DNA of 47,985 bases from Patescibacteria group bacterium UBA6241 (GCA_002441425.1 DJWB01000005.1:86705-134689); one strand, 5' to 3'; positions 1-8,018 are shown, counted from the first letter of the stretch. Translations and numbers: made by a program. Notes: a model not told the origin generated them from the letters alone.

Positions 1-45
1 GGCGGTTTTCAAGACCGCTCGTTTCGACCACTCACGCACTCCTCC
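1..45 (-). tRNA. tRNA-Ser(TGA), 5' portion only (cut by window edge)
   Basis: Reverse complement reads GGAGGAG-TG-CGTGAGTGGTCGAAACG-A-GCGGT-CTTGAAA-ACCGC..., giving an acceptor, a long D-arm and an anticodon loop with TGA, as in class II Ser tRNAs. Confidence 0.6.
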
Positions 46-50
46 AAGTG

Positions 51-353
51 CTATTTGTTCTCAACTCCCTGCACGTCAGGAATAAGAACTTGTTTGTCCT
101 TTCTAAATCCAAGCAGGTACACGAGTTCCAAGATACCAAGGGTATTTAGTACAAGAAGTACTACAAACCAAAGTTTCTGCCCGTTACGCGCTGCGTGCCA
201 GAGTGCCAATCCCTTGATTGCTATTGTCCAAACGGCAAGAGCGACAATAAGAGGGAACAGGAACGCGATGCCGGCTCCCGAAAGGAAGCTAAGGGTGTCT
301 CCTGAAGCTAGGTACATGTCTGGATTCATGTGCACGTGGAGTGTAGCACGCAC
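51..353 (-). CDS. small membrane protein, DUF5652-like
   Basis: ORF track. Two hydrophobic helices and the motif KGLALWHAARNGQKLWFVVLLVLNTLGILELVYL. The true start may be the internal Met near 329. Confidence 0.55.
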   Translation of the reverse strand: MRATLHVHMNPDMYLASGDTLSFLSGAGIAFLFPLIVALAVWTIAIKGLALWHAARNGQKLWFVVLLVLNTLGILELVYLLGFRKDKQVLIPDVQGVENK

Positions 354-370
354 TTCCTCCTACGTGTAGG

Positions 371-778
371 ATGCAGAGTATGAAGTACATGGGCATAGAT
401 TTCGGTACTAAAAAGGTTGGTATAGCGCTCTCCGATGACGCGGGGCAGATGGGGTTCCCGCACGGGATCCTTCCGAACAACGGATTTCTCATTGATGAGA
501 TTCTTTCCCTTGCAGAGCGCAAAGGAGTTGAGGCTGTTGTTATGGGGGAGTCCAAAAACTTCCAGGGAGAGGAGAACCCGGTGGCCAAGGAAGCAAAAGC
601 ATTCGCGCAGCTTATTGAACAAAGGTCAGAGCTCCCTGTGTACTTTGAACCGGAGATGCTCACCACACAGGAGGCCCGCAGAGATTTTGAGGGAATACGT
701 GTGAAGGGGGATCCTGTTGTGGACTCATCTGCAGCTGCACTTATATTAACGAGTTATCTTTCACGTACACATGAGTAA
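371..778 (+). CDS. ruvX: Holliday junction resolvase-like protein RuvX/YqgF
   Basis: N-terminal MGIDFGTKKVGIALSD motif, ~135 aa, typical YqgF size. The start could be one of the Mets a few codons downstream. Confidence 0.8.
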   Translation: MQSMKYMGIDFGTKKVGIALSDDAGQMGFPHGILPNNGFLIDEILSLAERKGVEAVVMGESKNFQGEENPVAKEAKAFAQLIEQRSELPVYFEPEMLTTQEARRDFEGIRVKGDPVVDSSAAALILTSYLSRTHE

Positions 779-1112
779 GGAGCAAATAAACATAGAGGAG
801 TTTGGAAAGATTGAAGTGAAGGTAGGTACCGTACAAAGCGCTGAGCGTGTACCTGAAACAGACAAGCTGCTTCGTCTTGTTGTTGAGTTTGGAGAGGAGA
901 GTGGCCCCAGACAAATTGTTTCTGGAATTAATGCATACGTACAGGAGCCAGAAGAACTTATAGGCAGACAACTCGCCTTCGTTACGAATCTCGCACCGAG
1001 AAAAATAAAAGGACTTGAATCAAATGGAATGCTCTTTGCTGTTGGAAGCGAGGACACGTTTGCATTTCTGTCGCCAGACAGGCCAGTACCACCAGGAACA
1101 GAAGCACATTAG
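771..1112 (+). CDS. stand-alone tRNA-binding domain protein (CsaA/Trbp111-like, resembles the MetRS C-terminal domain)
   Basis: KVGTVQSAERVPETDKLLRLVVEFG...IVSGI...NLAPRKIKGLESNGMLFA matches the OB-fold tRNA_bind pattern. Confidence 0.75.
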   Translation: MSKEQINIEEFGKIEVKVGTVQSAERVPETDKLLRLVVEFGEESGPRQIVSGINAYVQEPEELIGRQLAFVTNLAPRKIKGLESNGMLFAVGSEDTFAFLSPDRPVPPGTEAH

Positions 1113-1144
1113 GCACACACCGCGGTATACTGTGCAGTATCAAT

Positions 1145-2230
1145 ATGCCGAATGCTCTTTCACGAATAGCACGGATAGAATTCGCACCTCCCAAGTACCT
1201 CGCGTTCCCAACTGCAGGTATTGATATTTCTGCGAGCGGAGTGAAAGTCGCTCTTTTGGAGGAACACCTGCATGGACTTGAGCTCGCTGCCTATGGAGAA
1301 GAACGATTGCAGCCAGGTGCAGTTGTTGATGGAGAGATTCGCGACACAAAGGCAGTTATAGCAGCAGTACGCTCGCTCACAAAAAAGCACGGTATTAAGT
1401 TTGCGCACATCGCACTCTCTGAGTCCCGAAGCTATCTGTTTGAAGCAAGTGTCGCAGGCCGCACGAAAGCCGCCTGGAGAACGGCTATTGAATCTAGGCT
1501 GGACGAGTATGTGCCACTTCCTCCCGCAGAGGTTGCCTTTGATGTAGCTCCTACGGGCCCTATAGGAGAGAAGACGCACGTAGTTGGTGTTGGGTATGCA
1601 CGTAGAGTTATTGAAGAGTCTCTAAACGCACTTGATGGAGCGGGAGTAGAGGTGCGCTCAATTGAGAGCGAAACATTTGCAGTACCTCGTGCCATGATGC
1701 CGCACGGAGACCAGGAGACCGTTCTTATTATTGATATTGGTCGCACTACTACGAAATTGGTCGTGGTAAGTAGGCGTGTACCACGCTTTGCAACAACGCT
1801 TGATATTGGGGGGCATGCACTTACGCTTGCAGTGCAGAAACACTTTGGAGTAACAGAAGATGAAGCGAAACGCGTAAAGGCAGAACGAGGACTTGTGAGC
1901 GGAGACGCCAATGATGAATACCTATCTGCAATGCTCTCAACAGTTGCGGCTATTAGAGAGGAGATTGTGCACCGCCTTGAGTACTGGCAGACACATGCAG
2001 CGGCAACGTCGGGCAGCGAGCAGGTGACGCGTGCAATTCTGGTTGGCGGAAACGCAACAGTGCGTGGACTTCCGGAGTATCTTGAGACGAGCCTTAAAAT
2101 TCCTGTTGAGCTTGGAGATGTATTTACGAATCTCGCATCCAGAGAGCAGTGGTTGCCGCCACTAGATTATTTAGAATCGCTTGCGTACTCAACTGCAATA
2201 GGACTAGCCCTGAGAGATTATGTTGCCTGA
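1145..2230 (+). CDS. pilM: type IV pilus assembly ATPase-fold protein PilM
   Basis: 361 aa with an actin-like fold pattern (GIDISASGVKVALLE ... LIIDIGRTTTKLVVV ... ILVGGNA), followed by PilN/O-like genes. Confidence 0.75.
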   Translation: MPNALSRIARIEFAPPKYLAFPTAGIDISASGVKVALLEEHLHGLELAAYGEERLQPGAVVDGEIRDTKAVIAAVRSLTKKHGIKFAHIALSESRSYLFEASVAGRTKAAWRTAIESRLDEYVPLPPAEVAFDVAPTGPIGEKTHVVGVGYARRVIEESLNALDGAGVEVRSIESETFAVPRAMMPHGDQETVLIIDIGRTTTKLVVVSRRVPRFATTLDIGGHALTLAVQKHFGVTEDEAKRVKAERGLVSGDANDEYLSAMLSTVAAIREEIVHRLEYWQTHAAATSGSEQVTRAILVGGNATVRGLPEYLETSLKIPVELGDVFTNLASREQWLPPLDYLESLAYSTAIGLALRDYVA

Positions 2231-2780
2231 ACTTACAAACCTTCTCCCCCCAGAGCGTGTTCGCGGACAGCGACAGCTGTATTTCTTTAGGCTTGCCACG
2301 GTAGGGATGTTGGTGCTTTCAGGAGTAGCCATTATCCATGGTGTCCTGCTGCTCCCGTCTTTCCTGTACGCAAGGCAACAGGTTAAGGAGAAAGAGACCA
2401 TTCTCTCTTCGCTCACAGCGACACTTGCAGGAAGCGAAGAGAGGCAGGTGAGCGCACGTGTGAGCAAACTTACTGAGGATGCCACATACCTGGCGCGACT
2501 AAAGGATCGCCCTGCTGCGAGCACTGCTGTTGCTGCAGTTCTTGAGGTGCCACACCAGGGAGTGCGCATGACTGGATATACTTTTACGGCTGCAGAGGAA
2601 GGGAAGGAGGCGCGCATGACGGTCTCTGGCGTAGCATCCTCCCGCGAAACACTGCGACGGTTTGAGCAGGCGCTCGCTGCTGAGCCATATGTAGGCTCCA
2701 CGAACTTGCCTATCAGTGCATACGCTAAGGAGAGTGACATTGATTTCACCATTGAGCTCGTAGGAACACTATTGCCATGA
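2220..2780 (+). CDS. PilN-like pilus assembly protein
   Basis: N-terminal NLLPPE motif, a single TM helix then a coiled coil. Overlaps the pilM stop. Confidence 0.55.
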   Translation: MLPELTNLLPPERVRGQRQLYFFRLATVGMLVLSGVAIIHGVLLLPSFLYARQQVKEKETILSSLTATLAGSEERQVSARVSKLTEDATYLARLKDRPAASTAVAAVLEVPHQGVRMTGYTFTAAEEGKEARMTVSGVASSRETLRRFEQALAAEPYVGSTNLPISAYAKESDIDFTIELVGTLLP

Positions 2781-3328
2781 AGCACGTAACGTTTATACAT
2801 CTCTCTTTGGCGCTCGTTATTTTTGCGGGGCTTGTTGGTGTATACGGGTTTTGGTACTCCCTTGTGGGGAAGGCAAGCGCAGAGGCTGCACAGCTCTCTG
2901 AGGAAATACACGCAAAGAGTCTTGAGTCTGGACGAGTTGCTGCAGCAAAGAAAGCACTTGCAGAACTTGCAGAGGACGAAGCAGCGGTCCAAAAGTATCT
3001 GGTTTCAGAGGACAACGTAGTGCCATTCTTGGAAAGTCTTGAAAACACAGGGAAAGCGCTCGGTGCAACTGTCTCAGTTGCTTCGGTGTCTGCAGAAAAA
3101 AACACAACACGGCCGCACCTCAAGCTTTCACTGAAAATAACGGGATCTTTTGATTCAGTGTTGCGCACACTTGGTGCAATTGAATACGGTGCCTATGATA
3201 GCCAGCTCATAACAACTACGTTTGATACACCTAAGGTGAGTGATCCTGCAGTAGCAGCAGAGTGGACAGCAACTGCATCTTTTATGATTGGTATGCGTAC
3301 AGCTACAAGTACTGAACCTGCTCTATGA
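2777..3328 (+). CDS. PilO-like membrane protein (position-based call)
   Basis: Single N-terminal TM helix, coiled-coil segment, ATGA overlap with the upstream gene. Confidence 0.4.
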   Translation: MKHVTFIHLSLALVIFAGLVGVYGFWYSLVGKASAEAAQLSEEIHAKSLESGRVAAAKKALAELAEDEAAVQKYLVSEDNVVPFLESLENTGKALGATVSVASVSAEKNTTRPHLKLSLKITGSFDSVLRTLGAIEYGAYDSQLITTTFDTPKVSDPAVAAEWTATASFMIGMRTATSTEPAL

Positions 3329-3624
3329 AAACATCAATAGATACAAAAAAGCTACTGAAGCATCTTTCATACGGAGAGCATATTCGCCCGCAGCGTGATT
3401 GGTTTACGCTTCTTGCAGTGGCTGTATTTCTAAGTACATGCAGTCTCGGATGGAACTTATGGTTGCTGCATACCGTTGAGTCTGGAGGCACCATTGGTGC
3501 TGAGACTGCACCGGCAAGGTTTGATACTGCTCCCATACAGTCTGTACAAGGCGTGTTTGAGGAGCGGAAGAATGAGGAGCTCAGATTCACTCGCGAGTAT
3601 CGGTTCGTTGACCCGTCTCGCTAA
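3325..3624 (+). CDS. hypothetical single-TM protein, last gene of the pilMNO-like cluster
   Basis: ORF track, ATGA overlap with the previous gene, one hydrophobic helix (WFTLLAVAVFLSTCSLGWNLWLL). Confidence 0.4.
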   Translation: MKTSIDTKKLLKHLSYGEHIRPQRDWFTLLAVAVFLSTCSLGWNLWLLHTVESGGTIGAETAPARFDTAPIQSVQGVFEERKNEELRFTREYRFVDPSR

Positions 3625-3645
3625 GACCGCTAAGGTTAGTGCCAG

Positions 3646-3717
3646 GCCCCTATAGCTTAATGGATAAAGCCGCGGACTTCTAAGCCGTTGATCTTGGTTC
3701 GATTCCAGGTGGGGGCA
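3646..3717 (+). tRNA. tRNA-Arg(TCT)
   Basis: GCCCCTA acceptor pairs with TGGGGGC, T-arm is CTTGG-TTCGATT-CCAGG, anticodon loop is CTTCTAA. One A/G mismatch closes the anticodon stem. Confidence 0.75.
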
Positions 3718-3740
3718 CAGTATTGTCAGGTGCAAACACA

Positions 3741-3764
3741 AAGGGCCGGCATATGCCGGCCCTT
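3741..3764. terminator. bidirectional hairpin between convergent tRNA genes
   Basis: Perfect 24-nt palindrome AAGGGCCGGCAT/ATGCCGGCCCTT with A/T-rich flanks. Confidence 0.6.
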
Positions 3765-3767
3765 TCT

Positions 3768-3843
3768 TGGTGCGCGCTGAGGGACTCGAACCCCCGACCA
3801 TCCCGGTGTAAACGGGGCGCTCTACCAACTGAGCTAAGCGCGC
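3768..3843 (-). tRNA. tRNA-Val(TAC), CCA encoded
   Basis: Reverse complement is GCGCGCTTAGCTCAGTTGGTAGAGCGCCCCGTTTACACCGGGATGGTCGGGGGTTCGAGTCCCTCAGCGCGCACCA. Confidence 0.85.
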
Positions 3844-3918
3844 GTAGAGCTACAGTAGCGCACATTGCGAATATTTTGAAGTAACCTCCCTGTGGCTAGT
3901 CGTGTTCTCTTTAAAAGC

Positions 3919-4197
3919 ATGCATATACGGCTTGAAGTAATCGTTTCTGGGAGGGTCCAGTTAGTTATGTATAGGGACTTTGCTCAAAGGAAGGCGCGGG
4001 GCTTAAAGCTTGTGGGAGAAGTGCAAAATCTGCGTGATGGAACGGTGCGAGTTACTGCAGAAGGTCCGCGCGCCTCTCTGGAGCGGTACCTTGAGCGTCT
4101 GCACCATGGACCTTTACTTGCACGTGTAGACAACGTACGGCACGAGTGGAAAGAAACAGAGGGAGGGTTCTCTAACTTTGTCATACGGTATGACTAA
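3919..4197 (+). CDS. acyP: acylphosphatase
   Basis: ~92 aa with VSGRVQLVMYRDFAQRKARGLKLVGEVQNLRDGTVRV, the acylphosphatase signature. The ORF track begins at an upstream GTG (3892). Confidence 0.8.
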   Translation: MHIRLEVIVSGRVQLVMYRDFAQRKARGLKLVGEVQNLRDGTVRVTAEGPRASLERYLERLHHGPLLARVDNVRHEWKETEGGFSNFVIRYD

Positions 4198-4870
4198 CGG
4201 ACCCAAAGCCATAGGCATCATTATGGACGGGAACAGGAGGTGGGCGAAAGCGCGGAGACTCCCAACGTTTGAAGGACACGCAAAGGGAATACAAAAGATT
4301 GTTGACGTAATGAACTGGGCGCAGGTTCGCGGAGTTGTTCAGGTAACCATCTACGCGTTCTCAACTGAAAACTGGAACCGATCTCCTGAAGAAGTTTCAT
4401 ACCTCATGGAGTTGTTTGGGAAGTTCTTTGCAGAACATCTCAGCGAGCTCTCAGAAAAGGGTGTGTGCGTACGGTTTATCGGAGACAGGACGTTAGCTCC
4501 AGAAGACATACAAGAGATTCTGAAAGAAACTGAAGAGAAGACAGCTGGGGGAACAAAGGGAACTCTTGTTATTGCGTTCTCGTATGGCGGGAGACCAGAA
4601 ATCCTTGCGGCAGTTAATGAACTCCTTGAGAAGGGAAGGCAGAATGTAACAAAGGAGGAGTTTGAGGAGGCGCTTTGGACTGCCGGTCTTTTGGATCCCG
4701 ATCTTATTATTAGAACAGGAGGGGATCAGCGTCTCTCAAACTTTTTGCCGTGGCAATCCGTATACAGCGAGCTCTTCTTTACAGAAACCATGTGGCCAGA
4801 CTTCTCAGAACCCGAGCTTGAAAAGATCTTTCAGGAGTACGCCACAAGAGAACGAAGGCACGGGAAATAG
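4178..4870 (+). CDS. uppS: undecaprenyl (isoprenyl) diphosphate synthase
   Basis: GIIMDGNRRWAKARRLP ... YAFSTENWNR ... RTGGDQRLSNFLPWQSVYSELFF, canonical cis-prenyltransferase motifs. Confidence 0.9.
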   Translation: MSYGMTNGPKAIGIIMDGNRRWAKARRLPTFEGHAKGIQKIVDVMNWAQVRGVVQVTIYAFSTENWNRSPEEVSYLMELFGKFFAEHLSELSEKGVCVRFIGDRTLAPEDIQEILKETEEKTAGGTKGTLVIAFSYGGRPEILAAVNELLEKGRQNVTKEEFEEALWTAGLLDPDLIIRTGGDQRLSNFLPWQSVYSELFFTETMWPDFSEPELEKIFQEYATRERRHGK

Positions 4871-4893
4871 AGGTTCGTGCTAGGGTGTGAGCA

Positions 4894-5628
4894 ATGGAAC
4901 TCCCGGTTATATACGAGGACGAGGACATGGTGGCTATTAATAAGCCTGCCGGCGTCATGACGCACCCAGACGGACACTCTGAGGATGAAACCGCTAGTGA
5001 GTGGTTTGAAAAAAAGTACCCCGCATCAGCAACTGTGGGAGAGACGCAGCGTCTCAAGGATGGGACAGAGATAGCACGTCCAGGAGTGGTGCATCGTCTG
5101 GATCGGGATACTTCAGGAGTGCTCGTCTTTGCAAAGACTCCAGAAGCGCACGCACGCCTTAAGGAGGCGTTTCAAAACAGGGAAGCAAAGAAGACATATC
5201 TCGCATTTGTGTACGGCACACTCAAAGAAGAGAAGGGATTGATTGATTTTGCTATTGGTCGTAGTCGCAAGGACTTCAGATTAAGAAGTGCCCAGCCAAA
5301 AGCGAAGGGAACTATGCGTGAAGCGAGAACCCGCTATGAAGTTGTAGGAAGCACAGGAGCGCACAGCTTAGTTAAGCTTATGCCTGAGACCGGAAGAACA
5401 CACCAAATCCGTGTGCACTTGAAGGCAATACACCATCCGGTTGTCTGTGATCCGCTCTATGCTCCAGGGAAACCCTGTGATTTGGGGCTTTCTTCTCTTG
5501 GACTGCATGCGTACCAGATAGAAGTCCCTGGACGAGAGGGAATGGTACGCATAACGGCTGAGGTGCCTGAATCCATGAAAAAGGCCCTCGCTTCATTTCC
5601 CGAGGCGGCTGAGTTCGTTGCTCAGTAG
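4894..5628 (+). CDS. RluA-family pseudouridine synthase (no S4 domain)
   Basis: VHRLDRDTSGVLVFAKT catalytic Asp motif and GRTHQIRVHL motif. Confidence 0.85.
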   Translation: MELPVIYEDEDMVAINKPAGVMTHPDGHSEDETASEWFEKKYPASATVGETQRLKDGTEIARPGVVHRLDRDTSGVLVFAKTPEAHARLKEAFQNREAKKTYLAFVYGTLKEEKGLIDFAIGRSRKDFRLRSAQPKAKGTMREARTRYEVVGSTGAHSLVKLMPETGRTHQIRVHLKAIHHPVVCDPLYAPGKPCDLGLSSLGLHAYQIEVPGREGMVRITAEVPESMKKALASFPEAAEFVAQ

Positions 5629-5655
5629 AACGGGCTGTGCTACAGTACCGCGGCA

Positions 5656-6201
5656 ATGAACGCTGTAATAACTCCAGTAAGAACTGAGGAGCGCACTCAG
5701 CTCGGCATCCGTCCGGGCGACACGGTGCGTGTACATCAGAAGGTGGTAGAGAAGGGCAAGACCCGTCTTCAGGTATTTGAAGGTTTGGTACTTGCGGTTA
5801 AGCACGGCACAGAGGCCGGAGCTACCTTTACCGTCCGCGCAACTATGTCAGGCGTGGGTGTTGAGAAGATTTTCCCTCTATACTCTCCCGTTATAGATAA
5901 GATTGAGATCGTACGCCGCTCTAAGGTTCGCCGCGCAAAGCTGTACTTCATCCGTGAGAAGGTTGCTCGTGAAGTACGCCGCCAGCTCCGCAATATGCGC
6001 ATGGTTAAGCTCTCAACTGATGACTTTAAGGAAGAGGAGAAGCTTGAGGTGAGCGAAGAGGGAAGTCCTGTGGAGGAAGTTGTTGAGGCAACACACGAGG
6101 AGTCTCCAGAGGTTGTGGCTGAGTCAGCAGAAGGAGAAGTAACTCCAGAAGAGGTGGCTGCTGAAGAGGCACGTATTGAAGAGAAGAAAGAGCAGGCATA
6201 A
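5656..6201 (+). CDS. rplS: ribosomal protein L19 with ~60-aa acidic C-terminal extension
   Basis: [30 protein letters not shown]...FTVR core, then a tail rich in E, V and A. Confidence 0.9.
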   Translation: MNAVITPVRTEERTQLGIRPGDTVRVHQKVVEKGKTRLQVFEGLVLAVKHGTEAGATFTVRATMSGVGVEKIFPLYSPVIDKIEIVRRSKVRRAKLYFIREKVAREVRRQLRNMRMVKLSTDDFKEEEKLEVSEEGSPVEEVVEATHEESPEVVAESAEGEVTPEEVAAEEARIEEKKEQA

Positions 6202-6227
6202 GCCTTTAGGTTGTAAAAGCAAGACAG

Positions 6228-6256
6228 GCCCGCTATAGTAAGCGGGCTTTCTTGTT
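6228..6256 (+). terminator. intrinsic terminator after rplS
   Basis: GCCCGCT-atagta-AGCGGGC stem followed by TTTCTTGTT. Confidence 0.65.
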
Positions 6257-6273
6257 ATGCGAGGAAGACACCT

Positions 6274-6358
6274 GCCCAGGTGGTGAAATTGGTATACACG
6301 CATCCTTGAGGTGGATGTGCCGCAAGGCGTGGAGGTTCAAGTCCTCTCCTGGGCACCA
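6274..6358 (+). tRNA. tRNA-Leu(GAG), CCA encoded
   Basis: GCCCAGG acceptor pairs with CCTGGGC, anticodon stem-loop is CATCC-TTGAGGT-GGATG, long variable arm, T-arm is GGAGG-TTCAAGT-CCTCT. Confidence 0.85.
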
Positions 6359-6366
6359 AAGTAGCT

Positions 6367-6403
6367 CAAGATACAGGGACGCAACCTACGTCCCTGTATC
6401 TTG
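6367..6403. repeat. 15-bp perfect inverted repeat overlapping the -35 of the target-gene promoter
   Basis: CAAGATACAGGGACG-caaccta-CGTCCCTGTATCTTG. The right arm ends inside TTGACA. Confidence 0.8.
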
Positions 6404-6430
6404 ACAAACAGAGTTAATGATATGTATAAT
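6401..6430 (+). promoter_or_regulatory. near-consensus sigma70-type promoter for the DGR target gene
   Basis: TTGACA (6401-6406), 18-nt spacer, TATAAT (6425-6430). Confidence 0.6.
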
Positions 6431-6557
6431 AATAGAAGCTCTTTGAAAGATTCTAAGGAGAGTTCGCTATGGCAGAAGGTGGCTTATACAGGCCCTCTCC
6501 TGCTGTAGCGAACTCATTCACGAGAAGGTTCCAGCAAACTGAAAGAAGGATGACGCA

Positions 6558-7196
6558 ATGGCAAAATCAGCCAGGACCCAATCCAAGTCCATCACCAACA
6601 GCCAGATCGCTCAGATCAACGATCGCCTGGCCACCCAGCTCCGCAACTCCGGCCTCCCGGCTGAGGGTGTGCAGAGCGTCCTCGCAACTCCGGGCGGCGT
6701 GGCCATCGACGAGATGGTCGCGGTGCTTCGCAAACGCGTGGAAGCCAACAGTGACCTCGTCGTCCGCATCGTGTCCGTGAACCGGGCGCGCAGCGGCAAT
6801 GAGGCGCTCAAGGCCACCAGCCGCACCCTCTACGTCGCCAAGGACGTCGTGGACGCGATGCCGAACGGCGAAGGCGATCAGGTTGAGCTCGTGTTCTTCA
6901 AGCCCAAGCCGGAGGAATACACTCGGCCTGGCCTCATGAGCGACGATGATCTGGACAAGGCGCTGGCACTTCGCAACCTCGGTGCCGCCGACCCGTTCTC
7001 GGTCGCCGCACACAACGAGGCCGATTCCGCCTTCGCCGACGAACGCCCGAACGCGACGCACTGGAAGGACAAGGACGACCGCTGGTGCTATGCCGCGTTC
7101 GACCGGTGGAACGGCGAGCGCCTCGTGGGCGTCTACCGCTGCGACGGCGGCTGGGGCGACGGCTGGTGGTTCGTGGGCGTGCGCAAGAGCGCTTAG
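6558..7196 (+). CDS. DGR variable (target) protein, 212 aa, C-terminal VR. Putative C-type-lectin-fold ligand-binding domain
   Basis: GAAGGA SD 7 nt before the ATG, with an in-frame stop at 6540 upstream. High-GC codon usage. The C-terminus ...FDRWNGERLVGVYRCDGGWGDGWWFVGVRKSA is templated by TR. Confidence 0.85.
   Translation: MAKSARTQSKSITNSQIAQINDRLATQLRNSGLPAEGVQSVLATPGGVAIDEMVAVLRKRVEANSDLVVRIVSVNRARSGNEALKATSRTLYVAKDVVDAMPNGEGDQVELVFFKPKPEEYTRPGLMSDDDLDKALALRNLGAADPFSVAAHNEADSAFADERPNATHWKDKDDRWCYAAFDRWNGERLVGVYRCDGGWGDGWWFVGVRKSA
7093..7186 (+). repeat. DGR variable region (VR)
   Basis: Aligns to 7533-7626 at a constant 440-nt offset. 16 mismatches, all where TR has A. All non-A positions are identical. 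Confidence 0.9.
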
Positions 7197-7201
7197 CGCT
7201 C
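7187..7201 (+). promoter_or_regulatory. GC hairpin immediately 3' of VR (candidate DGR target-recognition hairpin)
   Basis: GAGCGC-tta-GCGCTC straddles the TAG stop. It is present only after VR, not after TR. Confidence 0.45.
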
Positions 7202-7251
7202 GGGCATCTCGGAACTCCTTAGTCCCTTTGGGCTACACGCCCTTTCTTGGA

Positions 7252-7292
7252 GGCCATCGCTTGCTCTGCTCGCGGTGGCCTTCCTTTATTTT
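7252..7292 (+). terminator. intrinsic terminator of the target gene
   Basis: GGCCATCGC-11 nt-GCGGTGGCC stem (one G-T pair) followed by TTCCTTTATTTT. Confidence 0.6.
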
Positions 7293-7532
7293 GGTACACT
7301 ACATTCGGCACTAGGCGAATATGTGGGTGAGCACGTCTCTCCCGCTGCCGAAGCCAGTATCCGTACGCTCAGAATAGGGAAGGACATGCGCCTTCGCTAG
7401 CGTGGCGTACGCAGAAACTTCATACAATGAAGATACTTGGTGCGAGGCGCTGAGGCATTGCGATGCCGGATTAGATTCAACCCGAAGAACCTTCTACGGG
7501 CGGTGGTACAGATGGCGCCTCGTACAATTCGT

Positions 7533-7626
7533 CCGCGTTCAACCGGTGGAACGACGAGCGCAACGTGAACGTCAACCGCAACGACAACGACTGGAACGAC
7601 AACTGGTGGTTCGTGGGCGTGCGCAA
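7533..7626 (+). repeat. DGR template repeat (TR), non-coding
   Basis: 25 adenines including 9 AAC codons in the VR reading frame. Differs from VR only at 16 of those adenines. The 3' block CTGGTGGTTCGTGGGCGTGCGCAA is identical in both copies. Confidence 0.9.
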
Positions 7627-7636
7627 CTATCCTTCA

Positions 7637-7984
7637 TTATGAACGCCCGCCCCGCTGCGGGTGTTCGTTTTTCCGTACGATCTGTCCGTACCATCCCGTG
7701 AGCTGCTTGCCTGCATCCTCGAGCGGAACGGAGAGCGCCGCATACTTGTTCGTCTCAAGTGATCCAGTCTCCCATAGCACCATAAGCAGTATCTTTAGAG
7801 TATCTAGCTTGCGTATTGCAAGCCGTATCCAAGGCTCCTTCTCTGCAGATCCAAGGAAGGTTGCAGATGCAATTGCTTCTATGCATTCAATAAGTAGCCC
7901 ATCTACGCGGAGTCCGAGTGTGTATCGGTGGGTTTTGGGAAGCTTTTGATAGTATTGGTACCAAAGTAAATATGCTGCCTTCAA
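7637..7984 (-). CDS. avd: Avd-like accessory variability determinant (four-helix-bundle protein). The 5' end appears displaced by a frameshift at a C9 tract
   Basis: LPKTHRYTLGLRVD...AIRKLDTLKILLMVLWETGSLETNKYAALS...GKQLTGW resembles, from my recollection, the CPR four-helix-bundle/Avd family. The called start is a TTG with no SD. An ATG at 8027 joins this frame if the tract is one nt shorter. Confidence 0.7.
   Translation of the reverse strand: MKAAYLLWYQYYQKLPKTHRYTLGLRVDGLLIECIEAIASATFLGSAEKEPWIRLAIRKLDTLKILLMVLWETGSLETNKYAALSVPLEDAGKQLTGWYGQIVRKNEHPQRGGRS
7641..7672 (+). terminator. terminator-like hairpin 15 nt after TR
   Basis: GAACGCCCGC-cccgct-GCGGGTGTTC followed by GTTTTTCC. It lies inside the 3' end of avd on the opposite strand. 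Confidence 0.5.
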
Positions 7985-8009
7985 ACGTTCAAGAACAGGT
8001 AGAAGTTTC

Positions 8010-8018
8010 GGGGGGGGG
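8010..8018. repeat. G9/C9 homopolymer tract inside the avd 5' region
   Basis: Nine consecutive G on the + strand, counted directly. Confidence 0.9.

Noticed and set aside
2204-2992. 262-aa minus-strand ORF across pilN/pilO
   Set aside because: It is antisense to two translationally coupled genes. The product is Cys/Ser/Arg-rich with no recognisable features.
6469-6780. 103-codon ORF with a very good SD (AAGGAG 8 nt before the ATG) that starts upstream of the DGR target gene and overlaps it out of frame
   Set aside because: Past ~6560 its product is an R/S/P/A-rich out-of-frame shadow of the high-GC gene. The 6558 frame gives a sensible protein that ends in the VR. At most the first ~25 codons could be a leader peptide, and I cannot show that from sequence alone.
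7093-7626. Additional remote VR copies of the TR elsewhere in the window
   Set aside because: By eye the invariant 3' block TGGTGGTTCGTGGGCGTGCGC occurs only at the VR and the TR. A computational search of the whole genome is still needed.
7402-7701. 99-aa ORF covering the TR
   Set aside because: It reads the TR in a different frame from the VR frame and gives an R/Q/V-rich low-complexity product. It has no SD. It is best explained as a chance ORF in GC-rich non-coding template DNA.
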